Made by a program: the position numbers and the translations under genes | Assembly: GCA_014730065.1 (NCBI GenBank) | Contig: WJIW01000254.1 | Location: forward strand, 553 to 64,552 | Length of the DNA: 64,000 bases | Origin: Armatimonadia bacterium | Lineage (GTDB): Bacteria > Armatimonadota > Zipacnadia > UBA1398 | Direction of reading: 5' to 3' | Notes under the pieces: model-generated | What the model saw: only the letters and a program-made list of their open reading frames with translations | Told to the model about the DNA's origin: nothing | Databases searched by the model: none | In this document: positions 1 to 10,031 of the stretch, one piece after another | How the letters are laid out: the number at the start of each line of letters is the position of its first letter | How positions within the stretch are numbered: the first letter of the stretch is position 1

Positions 1-546
1 GTGGGACGACTGAAGCGCGATCTTCCCCGACAGAGACGCCCCTGCCAGGCTCTCTACCTCGTCGGTGTTGGCGCGGCATACCTCCACGCCGTCCACACTC
101 ACCGTGAGGAGCTTGCCCACGGCGGTGATCTCCATGCTGTGCCACACCAGTGGCGTCTCGTCCGGCCGCGGATCGACGGCCACATGGCCATAGAGCGAGC
201 CCGTGCAGTGGAGGTCATCCCTGCGCGGCGTCCAGGGGGCCAGGAGCTGGACCTCGGTGACCACGGAGCCCTCGGCCATGCCCCTAACCAAGACGCCGCT
301 GTTGCCCACCTCAGAGAGCATGTATTCCAGTCGTAGCACGAAGTCCGCGTACTCCCGGTCCGTCGCCAGCCATCCACCATCGACGGTGCCCACCGTCAGG
401 AGGATGCCGTCGTCCTCGACGACCCATCCCGACTCGTCGCCCGTCGCTGTCCAGCCCGCGAGGGATTCGCCATCCAGCAGAGGCGTGAACTCGGGCTCTC
501 CGGGAGCCGCCAGCGTCAGCGCCATGAGTGCCATCGCCAGGGTCAT
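1..546 (-). CDS. DUF1080 (3-keto-disaccharide hydrolase-like, LamG/jelly-roll) domain protein; N-terminus complete, C-terminus cut by window edge
   Basis: Not in ORF track (no stop in window). Minus-strand ATG at 546..544 overlaps the TGA stop (545..543) of the upstream Gfo/Idh/MocA gene (ATGA). Manual translation: MTLAMALMALTLAAPGEPEFTPLLDGESLAGWTATGDESGWVVEDDGILLTVG...YADFVLRLEYMLSEVGNSGVLVRG...SGKIALQSSH, no stops to position 1. Signal peptide plus LDGxSLxGW / NSGxxxR / G-IALQ-H pattern typical of DUF1080. Confidence 0.55.
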   Translation of the reverse strand, partial: MTLAMALMALTLAAPGEPEFTPLLDGESLAGWTATGDESGWVVEDDGILLTVGTVDGGWLATDREYADFVLRLEYMLSEVGNSGVLVRGMAEGSVVTEVQLLAPWTPRRDDLHCTGSLYGHVAVDPRPDETPLVWHSMEITAVGKLLTVSVDGVEVCRANTDEVESLAGASLSGKIALQSSH

Positions 547-1886
547 CGGACCGCCACCTTCCGGCGCACCTCGGGCAGCGCCCAAGGGCCGTGATAGGGC
601 ACCGAGAGCATGCGGTTGGCCGCCTCGTCACCTACGAAGGACCCCTGCGCCGCGTCCCACTCCAGGGGTCGCTGCAGCCGGAAGGAGATGCAGCCCAGCA
701 GCATGGGAAGGGTCATGTTCGCGGCATAGTCCAGATGGCTCTCGGGTTGGCGGCGCGACCTCACGCAGTCCAGGAAGTTCCGTTGGTGGCCCGGCGAGCG
801 GTCGATGCTCTGGGGCACATCGGGCACGTCCTCTATCTCCTCACCATCGATGAACAGCACCCGGCTACCGTAGTCGACCACCATGGAGCCCCGGGTGCCC
901 TCGAACTGGCAGCCGATCCCCTTGCCCGCCGCACCGGGCACATCGGGCACGTCGGTGGACCAGTGCAGATCGAGGCCATCGAACTCGTAGTCCACTTCGA
1001 TCCAGGCGGGCGTGTCGGCGATGCCGTCGGCGGGAGTCGTCCCCCGGGCGTGGATCCGGATCGGCTCGCCGATCCCTAGCGACCAGAAGGCCATGTCGGC
1101 GATATGGCACCAGAAGTCGGCGTAGACTCCGCCCGAGTAGTCCCAGAAGTACCGGTAGGAGAAGTGACAGCGGGGCGGCGTGTACGGACGACGGATCGCC
1201 GGTCCTTGCCACATCTCCCAGTCGAGCTGCGGGGGCGGATCCTCGAAGGGCGGGTAGCCCAGCCCCGGACTGCCGCCCGTCTTCCAGAGCCGGACGGTAT
1301 GGATGTCGCCCAGCACCCCCGACCGCACCAGCTCCACGGCCCGGTGGTAGTTGTCGCCGGCGTGGATCTGGGTCCCGAGCTGGAACACACGCCGGGTTCG
1401 CTGGCGTGCGTCGACCATGGCCCTGCTCTCGGCAACGGTGCGGCAGAGCGGCTTCTCGGCGTAGACGTCCTTGCCCGCATCGAAGGCCATGATGGTGACC
1501 AGGGCGTGCCAATGATCGGGCGTGGCACAGGTGATGACGTCCACGTCGCCCCGGTCCAGCACATGCCGAAAGTCGCTGTAGGTCGCGATGTCCTTCCCCG
1601 GCTGTATCTCCTGGGCGCGAGCCAGTGCCGTCGCCAGGTGCTCGGAATCCACGTCACAGAGCGCCACCGTGTTCACGTCCGGCATGGCGGCGAACCACTC
1701 CAGATGGGAGCGGCCCATTCCGCCCAGGCCGATGTGGGCCACATTGATCTTCTCACCGGGCGAGACCGTCTGGGCGAAGGCTCCCCGGCCCGCCCCCAGG
1801 AAGGCCGCGGCTCCGGCCGCCGACCACTTCAGGAAGTCGCGGCGGCCCATGGGGCGCGCCCCGCTGATGCTCATCGACTGCACCAC
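543..1886 (-). CDS. Gfo/Idh/MocA family oxidoreductase with Tat signal peptide
   Basis: 447-aa ORF. Twin-arginine motif RRDFLKWSAAGAAAFLGAG. NAD(P)-binding Rossmann N-term (VAHIGLGGMGRSHL, EKPLC) and GFO_IDH_MocA C-terminal region. Confidence 0.8.
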   Translation of the reverse strand: MVQSMSISGARPMGRRDFLKWSAAGAAAFLGAGRGAFAQTVSPGEKINVAHIGLGGMGRSHLEWFAAMPDVNTVALCDVDSEHLATALARAQEIQPGKDIATYSDFRHVLDRGDVDVITCATPDHWHALVTIMAFDAGKDVYAEKPLCRTVAESRAMVDARQRTRRVFQLGTQIHAGDNYHRAVELVRSGVLGDIHTVRLWKTGGSPGLGYPPFEDPPPQLDWEMWQGPAIRRPYTPPRCHFSYRYFWDYSGGVYADFWCHIADMAFWSLGIGEPIRIHARGTTPADGIADTPAWIEVDYEFDGLDLHWSTDVPDVPGAAGKGIGCQFEGTRGSMVVDYGSRVLFIDGEEIEDVPDVPQSIDRSPGHQRNFLDCVRSRRQPESHLDYAANMTLPMLLGCISFRLQRPLEWDAAQGSFVGDEAANRMLSVPYHGPWALPEVRRKVAVR

Positions 1887-1899
1887 CTCATCACCGACC

Positions 1900-2709
1900 C
1901 TACCAGGCCGGGGTTGGCTTAGCTTTCATCCGCTTGCGAGTCCGTTCCTCTCCCGCAGCGTCGGGTTGCTTGATGCCGCCGATGACCGCATCGGGTCCGC
2001 GCCGCCAGAAGCAGTCCAGCCCGCCCAGACCCGACGCTCGCATCGCTTCGAAGTGCCATTCCAGTGGATACCCCTCATCGTCGCCCCGCCACGCTTTGAG
2101 GGCACGCTGCCGCTCCCTGGCCGCCTCGGGCCCGAGCACCGCCAGGTATCCGTCCCAGAAGCTGCGCCAGGCGGCCTCACTCTCGCCGAGCAGCTCATGC
2201 TCCCATTCGGCGCGGTAGCGGTGGATGTCCGGGTGCTCCGAGCGCACGGGATCGGCGTTCAGCAGGATTCCGCCCGGCTCCAGGAGACCCGCGGCCTGCC
2301 GGTAGACCCGCGCCAGCTCCGCCCGGTCCAGCCAGTGCAGGGCCGTCGCCGAGACCACCGCTCGCACGCCCTGGCCCACCTGCCCGGGCCAGCTCGCCTG
2401 CCGAAGGTCCGCCTGGCGCACCCGGGCGCGCTCGCCATACGGCTCCAGCCTTGCCTCGGCCAGCGGCAGCAAGGTGGGATCGACGTCGATGCCCACCACG
2501 GCGGCGCCGGGCATGCGCTCCAGCACGGCGAGACCGAGGCTGCCGGTGCCGCAGCCCAGGTCGACGACGACGGCGTCCTCCGGCTGACTCACGGCGACCA
2601 GGTCGGCCATCAGCTCGAGGCGCTCCTGGCGATCGAGCAGACACGCCTCCTGCATCCGGTCCCAGCGCTCGATCCATACCTGGGGGTCTACAGACTCCGG
2701 CAGTGCCAT
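1900..2709 (-). CDS. Class I SAM-dependent methyltransferase
   Basis: Track ORF 1900..3069 has a GC-artifact N-terminal extension. Real start likely MSMALPES (ATG at 2715 or 2709) with GGGAGGG RBS. Motif VVDLGCGTGSLGLAVL (GxGxG SAM-binding), acidic residue after beta2 (VVGIDVD). Confidence 0.75.
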   Translation of the reverse strand: MALPESVDPQVWIERWDRMQEACLLDRQERLELMADLVAVSQPEDAVVVDLGCGTGSLGLAVLERMPGAAVVGIDVDPTLLPLAEARLEPYGERARVRQADLRQASWPGQVGQGVRAVVSATALHWLDRAELARVYRQAAGLLEPGGILLNADPVRSEHPDIHRYRAEWEHELLGESEAAWRSFWDGYLAVLGPEAARERQRALKAWRGDDEGYPLEWHFEAMRASGLGGLDCFWRRGPDAVIGGIKQPDAAGEERTRKRMKAKPTPAW

Positions 2710-2809
2710 GGACATCCCTCCCAGGGCGTATTGGGCCGTGGGGGTGGCGCATTCCTTTAGGTAGGGAGCGTGCAGTGGCCCGCAGAACTCCGCCTGAGGG
2801 AGGACACCC

Positions 2810-4036
2810 ATGGGCGACCACATACGGGAGCCAGCACGCAAGACACCCATTCGCTGGCGGGCGGACGTCATCGTGGCCGGGGGCGGCCCGGCGGGATTCG
2901 CCGCGGCCCTGGCGGCCCGCCGACAGGGAGCCGACGTGCTGCTCCTTGAGCGGCATGGGCACCTGGGCGGCCTGGCCACGGGCGGGCTCGTCGTCGAGCT
3001 TCCGTCCTTCGAAGCCGACGGGCGGCCCATCATCGGCGGCATCGGCCGAGAGCTGCGAGATGCGCTCATCCAGCGAGGTCACGCCGCCATGAAGGGCGAC
3101 ACTGGGCACTGCTTCTTCGATCCCGAGGCCATGAAGTGGCTGTGCGCCAGGCTGCTTCGGGAGGCGGGTGTTAGGGTGGTGCACCACGTCTGGGTCGCGG
3201 GGACCGTAACCGACGGCGGTCGTGTGACGGGCCTGCTCGCCGAGACCAAGCAGGGACGCGTGGCCGCCGCCGGCGACATGGTCATCGACGCGACGGGCGA
3301 TGGTGACGTGATCGCATCCACCGGCTGCGAATTCGATCAGGCCCACGCGCTGATCGGCCTGCCGTGGCGTATCGCCGGGATCGACGCGAACCGGGCGGGA
3401 CCAGCCCTGGCCGCTACGCTATCGAGCTTCCGGGAGGAGCGTGCACCCGAGAGGGGCTGGCTCGCGGCGATGCCGGTGACCACTGCTGACGGCTCGCTAT
3501 GGTGCACCAACGGACTCGACGTGGCCGACGGACTTGATCCCGAGGCACTATCCGAGCTGGAGCTGCGCGGACGCGAGCTGGCCTTCGCCCTAGTGGAGCG
3601 CCTCCGCCGAGAGGTGCCCGGCTGCGGCTCGGCCTACGTCTCCGATGTGGCCCCCCAGATAGGCGTGCGCCACACCCGTCGACTCGTCGGCCGCTCCCGA
3701 GTCACCGATGGCGACGCCCGCGTCCACGACAAGCGCTACCCCGATGCCATCGGCCGGGCCGGCGGATTCTACCAGGTCAGGTCCCTGACCGATGTCCCGT
3801 ATGGCGCCTTGGTGCCCGCAAGGGGGGACGGCCTGCTGGTTGCGGGCCGATGTGTGTCCGCCGACCTGTGGGCTCTGGAGACCCTCCGGCTGATCCACGC
3901 CTGCTGGGTGACCGGACAAGCGGCCGGCACCGCGGCGGCTATGTGCGCCGAGTCGGGAGCCGTCCCCGCCACCCTCCCCTACCCCGACCTGCGGGCGCGT
4001 CTCCAGGCCGAGGGCGTGGCCTTCGCTGAGGGCTAA
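2810..4036 (+). CDS. FAD-dependent oxidoreductase (FAD_oxidored / HI0933-like family)
   Basis: 408 aa. N-terminal dinucleotide-binding motif DVIVAGGGPAGFAAALAAARQGADVLLLER. Divergent from the methyltransferase gene (100-bp shared promoter region). Confidence 0.75.
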   Translation: MGDHIREPARKTPIRWRADVIVAGGGPAGFAAALAARRQGADVLLLERHGHLGGLATGGLVVELPSFEADGRPIIGGIGRELRDALIQRGHAAMKGDTGHCFFDPEAMKWLCARLLREAGVRVVHHVWVAGTVTDGGRVTGLLAETKQGRVAAAGDMVIDATGDGDVIASTGCEFDQAHALIGLPWRIAGIDANRAGPALAATLSSFREERAPERGWLAAMPVTTADGSLWCTNGLDVADGLDPEALSELELRGRELAFALVERLRREVPGCGSAYVSDVAPQIGVRHTRRLVGRSRVTDGDARVHDKRYPDAIGRAGGFYQVRSLTDVPYGALVPARGDGLLVAGRCVSADLWALETLRLIHACWVTGQAAGTAAAMCAESGAVPATLPYPDLRARLQAEGVAFAEG

Positions 4037-4115
4037 AGGGACCAGCCGACTGCACTCCGAAGACTCCGCACCGCGATCAGCGATACCTAGGTAGAGTCTG
4101 AGGAGGCGCGATCAC

Positions 4116-5720
4116 TTGAACCTGCAACGACCGAACGGCAATGATGCCACCCTTACGAGGAACCGCTCCCGGGACATCGTCCCCTTCTCGGGGATCTGCA
4201 CCCGGTGCACCGAGGACTGCACCGGCAACTGCGAGATCTTCAAGGCCTCCATGCGAGGCAGGGAGCTCATCTACCCCGAGCCCTTCGGTGACATGACCGC
4301 AGGCGCAGACAAGGAATACCCCATCGACTACTCCCACCTGAACATACTGGGCTATGCCCTGGGTGCCGAGGCCATCGATGAGGCCAATCCCGATAAAGCC
4401 ATCTTCCCCGGCGTGGACACCAGCACCGTGTACGGACACACCCACCCCGTGCGGATGAGGATGCCCATCTTCACGGGCGCGCTGGGCTCCACGGACATCG
4501 CCCGGAAGCACTGGCGGAGCTTCGCCGTGGGGGCGGCCATATCGGGGATCTCACTCGTCGTGGGTGAGAACGTATGCGGCATCGACCCCGAGCTGGAGCT
4601 GGACAACACGGGCAAGGTTGTCCGCTCACCGGAGATGGAGCGCCGGGTCAAGCTCTACAAGGACTGGCAAGATGAGTACGGCGACATCATCATCCAGCTC
4701 AATGTCGAGGATTCCAACCTGGGGGTCGCCGACTACGTGGTCAACGAGCTGGGCATTGAGACCCTGGAGCTGAAGTGGGGTCAGGGCGCCAAGTCCATCG
4801 GTGGGGAGATCAAGATCTTCGACCTGGACCGAGCCCTGGAGCTGCAGCGGCGCGGCTACATCGTCACCCCCGACCCATCGGATCCCGCGGTGCAGGCGGG
4901 CATGAAGAGCGGCGCGATTCGGGAGCTGGAGCGCCACTCCCGGCTCGGCTTCATCGATGAGGAGGAGTTCGTCCGGAACGTGGAGCGGCTCCGCCGGTCG
5001 GTGGGCGTGAAGCGCGTCACCCTGAAGACCGGGGCCTATAGCTTCCGGGAGCTGGCCATGGCCATCAAGTGGGCCTCCAAGGCTCGGGTCGACCTGGTTA
5101 CCATCGACGGCGCCGGCGGCGGCACGGGCATGAGCCCCTGGCGCATGATGGAGGAGTGGGGCGTGCCCACCTTCTACCTCCAGGCCATGGCCGTGGAGTG
5201 CGCCATGCGCCTGGCCCGGCGTGGCGAGTGGGTGCCCGATCTGGCCATGGCCGGCGGCTTCTCCACCGAGGACCACCTGTTCAAGGTCCTGGCCATGGGC
5301 TCACCTTTCTTCAAAGCGGTGTGCATGGGCCGTGCGCTGATGATACCGGGGTTCGTGGGCGACAACATCGCCGGCGTCCTGGGGCACGAGGGCGCCCAGA
5401 GCCGGTGGGAGTCCCTCCCCTCCACCGTCAGCCGGTACGGCGAGACGCCCGAGCAGATCTTCGTCAGCTACTCCACCCTCCAGGACCGGTACGGTGATGC
5501 CGCCAAGGACATCCCCCTGGGCGCTGTGGGGATCTTCACCTATGTGGACAAGCTGCGCACCGGCCTGACTCAGTTCATGGCGGGCGCGCGCAGCTTCCGA
5601 CTCGATACCCTCAAGCGACGCGACCTCGTCGCCCTGACCGAGGAAGCGGCGAAGGTATCGGGTCTCAACTACGTGATGGACGCGTATCGTGACGAGGCCG
5701 AGCGGATACTGGACGCGTAG
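4116..5720 (+). CDS. FMN-binding glutamate synthase (GltS domain) family protein with N-terminal Cys cluster
   Basis: 534 aa. Cys-rich N-term CTRCTEDCTGNCEIF. Conserved Glu_synthase-type motif IDGAGGGTGMSPW and GGFSTEDHLFKVLAMG, consistent with the stand-alone glutamate-synthase-domain-2 family. Confidence 0.65.
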   Translation: MNLQRPNGNDATLTRNRSRDIVPFSGICTRCTEDCTGNCEIFKASMRGRELIYPEPFGDMTAGADKEYPIDYSHLNILGYALGAEAIDEANPDKAIFPGVDTSTVYGHTHPVRMRMPIFTGALGSTDIARKHWRSFAVGAAISGISLVVGENVCGIDPELELDNTGKVVRSPEMERRVKLYKDWQDEYGDIIIQLNVEDSNLGVADYVVNELGIETLELKWGQGAKSIGGEIKIFDLDRALELQRRGYIVTPDPSDPAVQAGMKSGAIRELERHSRLGFIDEEEFVRNVERLRRSVGVKRVTLKTGAYSFRELAMAIKWASKARVDLVTIDGAGGGTGMSPWRMMEEWGVPTFYLQAMAVECAMRLARRGEWVPDLAMAGGFSTEDHLFKVLAMGSPFFKAVCMGRALMIPGFVGDNIAGVLGHEGAQSRWESLPSTVSRYGETPEQIFVSYSTLQDRYGDAAKDIPLGAVGIFTYVDKLRTGLTQFMAGARSFRLDTLKRRDLVALTEEAAKVSGLNYVMDAYRDEAERILDA

Positions 5721-5747
5721 GGCCGAACGCGATACAGCCGCGGGGCC

Positions 5748-6899
5748 TCAAGCCCAGGTGATCGAGCCCAGCAGCCGAGGCCCCGCGGCGCCCGTTACCG
5801 ACGGCACGTTGGCCGGCTGGCCGCGCATCAGCTCACTGCCCAGCAGCGCGAAGCCCATGGCCTCCTTGGCATCGCCGGGCACCCCGAGATCATCGGTGAG
5901 CCCGAGGGGTGCCCCCAGCTCCTCGGAGAGCCATGCCGTCAACACGGGATTGTGGGCGCCCCCGCCGCACACCACCACCTCCCCCGGCTGCGGCGTGAAG
6001 TCGATCAGCGCGCGGGCGATGGACCGAGCCACCCAGCGGGTTAGGGTGGCCACCAGATCGGCGCCCGTAGCCGCCCTCGGCTCGGAGGTAACGGCGTGCA
6101 CGAAGCCCTCGCCCAGCTCCTCCCGGCCCGTGGACTTGGGCGGACGCCGAGAGAGGTACGGGTGACTCATTAGGCGTCCCAGCAGTGCCTCATCCACCGT
6201 GCCCGAAGCCGCGAGCCGGCCGTCGACATCGTGGGGCAGGTCCGGGTCGGCCAGCCGGGCGGCGTGGTTGATGACCAAGTTGCCGGGGCCGGTATCGAAC
6301 CCCACGGGCGGGGCGTCACCCGGGAGATGGGTCACATTCGACATGCCGCCGATGTTCACGATGCTGCGTGGCGCGCCACCTGGCGCCGACAGCAGGACCC
6401 AATCCAGGTAGGGCAGCAAGGGAGCGCCCTCACCGCCGGCGGCCAGGTCCCGAGCCCGAAAGTCACTGGCTACCGGCAGGCCGGTCGCCTCGGCGATGAC
6501 GGCGGCTCGGCCGATCTGCATGGTGCATCGCTCGCCCAGATGCGGACCGCCTTCGGGGTAATGGCACACGGTGTGCCCATGGCTGGCGATGAGATCGATG
6601 GAGTGCCTCCCCGCAACCTCGCAAGCGACTTCGGCGATGAGGCGGCCCAGCCGCACGTCCAGCTCGGCGACGAATCCGGAGAGAGTCCCGGCCGGGTCGG
6701 AGGACACGCGCAGGAGAGCGGAAGTGGCCTCGGGATACGGCGTGGACGCGAACTCCAGCAGCCCCACCTCGGCCCCTCGCCCCGAGGCCGTCACGGAGCA
6801 CACGGCCACATCCAGCCCGTCGCAGGACGTTCCCGACATCACGCCAGCGACCACGGCCTCCTCGTCGGCGGGCCAAGGGTAGTGCGGGCCTGGTTCCAT
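5748..6899 (-). CDS. anmK: Anhydro-N-acetylmuramic acid kinase
   Basis: 383 aa. N-terminal GVMSGTSCDGLDVAVC motif characteristic of AnmK; ASKHA-fold length and layout. Confidence 0.85.
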   Translation of the reverse strand: MEPGPHYPWPADEEAVVAGVMSGTSCDGLDVAVCSVTASGRGAEVGLLEFASTPYPEATSALLRVSSDPAGTLSGFVAELDVRLGRLIAEVACEVAGRHSIDLIASHGHTVCHYPEGGPHLGERCTMQIGRAAVIAEATGLPVASDFRARDLAAGGEGAPLLPYLDWVLLSAPGGAPRSIVNIGGMSNVTHLPGDAPPVGFDTGPGNLVINHAARLADPDLPHDVDGRLAASGTVDEALLGRLMSHPYLSRRPPKSTGREELGEGFVHAVTSEPRAATGADLVATLTRWVARSIARALIDFTPQPGEVVVCGGGAHNPVLTAWLSEELGAPLGLTDDLGVPGDAKEAMGFALLGSELMRGQPANVPSVTGAAGPRLLGSITWA

Positions 6900-6909
6900 G
6901 GCTGGGATC

Positions 6910-8397
6910 CTATCTCAGCACGAAAAGTGCTGAACTCTGGATCGCGGAGATGATCGGTCCCGCGGCGAGGACCATCAGGAAGGTACCCGCCAGGCAGATG
7001 CCGATGGCCGTTCCCACCCCGCCACCCACGGGTACGGGCTCGTCGGTGACCGGCGGCTTGAAGAACATCCGCCCGGCCACGCCGATGTAGTAGTAGAGGG
7101 ATACCACCGAGTTGAGCACTAGCACGATGAGCAGCCACATCAGGGGCGAGCCCCACGTCAGGCCCGTGTCCACCGCCGCCATGATGATGAACACCTTGCC
7201 CAAGAAGCCCGCCAGCGGCGGCAGCCCGACCAGGGAGATGCCGAACACCACCCAGGACCACGCCAGGTAGGGCGACCGGATCGCCAACCCGTTGTATGAC
7301 CGCACGCTGTCGCTGCGGGTGTGGTTGGAGAAGGCGATGATGACCGCGAAGGCACCCAGGTTCATGAAGAGGTAGGCGAAGGCGTAGACGCTCAGCGCCG
7401 CCAGAGCCATGTCAGTCTGGAGGGTGACGAAGACGGCGACGAGCATGTAGCCCGCGTGGGCGATGCTGGAGTAGGCGAGCATCCGCTTGATGTTCGACTG
7501 CTTGAGTGCTACCGCGTTACCCAGGGTCATGCTCAAGATGGCGCCCCAGAACAGCACGCCCTCCCACGCAACGCGCGCCGTGTCGTGGGGGAAGGCGATG
7601 CTGAAGACCCGGGCCAGGGCCGCCAGAGCCGCCAGCTTCGGACCCACCGACAGGAAGGCGGTGACGGGAGTGGGCGCGCCCTCGTACACGTCGGGACACC
7701 ACATGTGGAAGGGCACCATGGCCACCTTGAAGCCGAACCCCACGAGCATGAGCACGGCCGCCGTGGGCAGGAGTACCCCGATGTTGCCGCCCGCCGTGGC
7801 CTCCATGATGCCAACCAGATCCAGCCGGCCGGTGAGGCCGTAGACGTAGCTGAGGCCGAAGAGCATGAAGACCGACGAGGTGGCACCCAGGATGAAGTAC
7901 TTGAGGGCCGCCTCCACCGACCGCTCGTCATCCTTGAGGAAGGCCGCCAGGACGTATCCGCACACCGACAGCAGCTCCACCGAGAACCAGATGGTGATCA
8001 GCTCGCGTGCGGCTGCCAGGGTGCACATGCCCATGGAGGCGAAGGCGATGATGGCCAGAAGCTCGGGCTGGTGATCGTCCAGTCGCCGCTCCAGATACTC
8101 CTTGGAGAAGATGAACGTAAGGCCGCACACCAGTAGGGCCAGGGCGGCGAACACTCGTGAGAAGGGATCCAGGGCCAGGGTCGTGCTGAGGTACACCGGC
8201 GCGCTCTCGGCGATCTGCGCGCCCTCGGCGGTGGTGGCCAGATGGGCCAGGTAGCCGGCACCGACGGCGCCCCCGATGCAGGCCACACCTCCCAGGACGG
8301 TATAGGCCCGAAGCCGCTCACGACTCGGCGCGCAGGCGATCACCAAGCCGATGGCCCCGACCAGTACCAGAAGTAGCTCTGGGATTAGATAGATCAC
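6910..8397 (-). CDS. nuoN: NADH-quinone oxidoreductase subunit N
   Basis: Track ORF 6910..8517 trimmed to GTG at 8397 (VIYLIPELLLVLVGA...), preceded by GGAGGA. The longer start would overlap nuoM by 82 nt. Polytopic antiporter-like subunit ending the nuo operon. Confidence 0.85.
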   Translation of the reverse strand: MIYLIPELLLVLVGAIGLVIACAPSRERLRAYTVLGGVACIGGAVGAGYLAHLATTAEGAQIAESAPVYLSTTLALDPFSRVFAALALLVCGLTFIFSKEYLERRLDDHQPELLAIIAFASMGMCTLAAARELITIWFSVELLSVCGYVLAAFLKDDERSVEAALKYFILGATSSVFMLFGLSYVYGLTGRLDLVGIMEATAGGNIGVLLPTAAVLMLVGFGFKVAMVPFHMWCPDVYEGAPTPVTAFLSVGPKLAALAALARVFSIAFPHDTARVAWEGVLFWGAILSMTLGNAVALKQSNIKRMLAYSSIAHAGYMLVAVFVTLQTDMALAALSVYAFAYLFMNLGAFAVIIAFSNHTRSDSVRSYNGLAIRSPYLAWSWVVFGISLVGLPPLAGFLGKVFIIMAAVDTGLTWGSPLMWLLIVLVLNSVVSLYYYIGVAGRMFFKPPVTDEPVPVGGGVGTAIGICLAGTFLMVLAAGPIISAIQSSALFVLR

Positions 8398-8434
8398 GCT
8401 CGCCGATCCTCCACCCGAAGTCGTGCCCGCATCG

Positions 8435-9970
<1,536 letters not shown>

Positions 9971-10031
9971 GCGGCACACCTCCTTCCCGGGTGCTTCGGC
10001 AGAGCCACCTCAATGACTCCAACCAGGGTGC

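Noticed and set aside
1-336. Plus-strand 111-aa ORF at the window start
   Set aside because: The minus strand in the same region encodes a coherent DUF1080 protein with signal peptide and ATGA coupling; the plus-strand product is His/Arg-rich junk.
2195-3346. 383-aa minus-strand ORF overlapping the FAD oxidoreductase and methyltransferase genes
   Set aside because: Arg/Pro/Gly-rich low-complexity translation typical of an alternative frame in high-GC DNA; the overlapping plus-strand ORF has clear Rossmann motifs.
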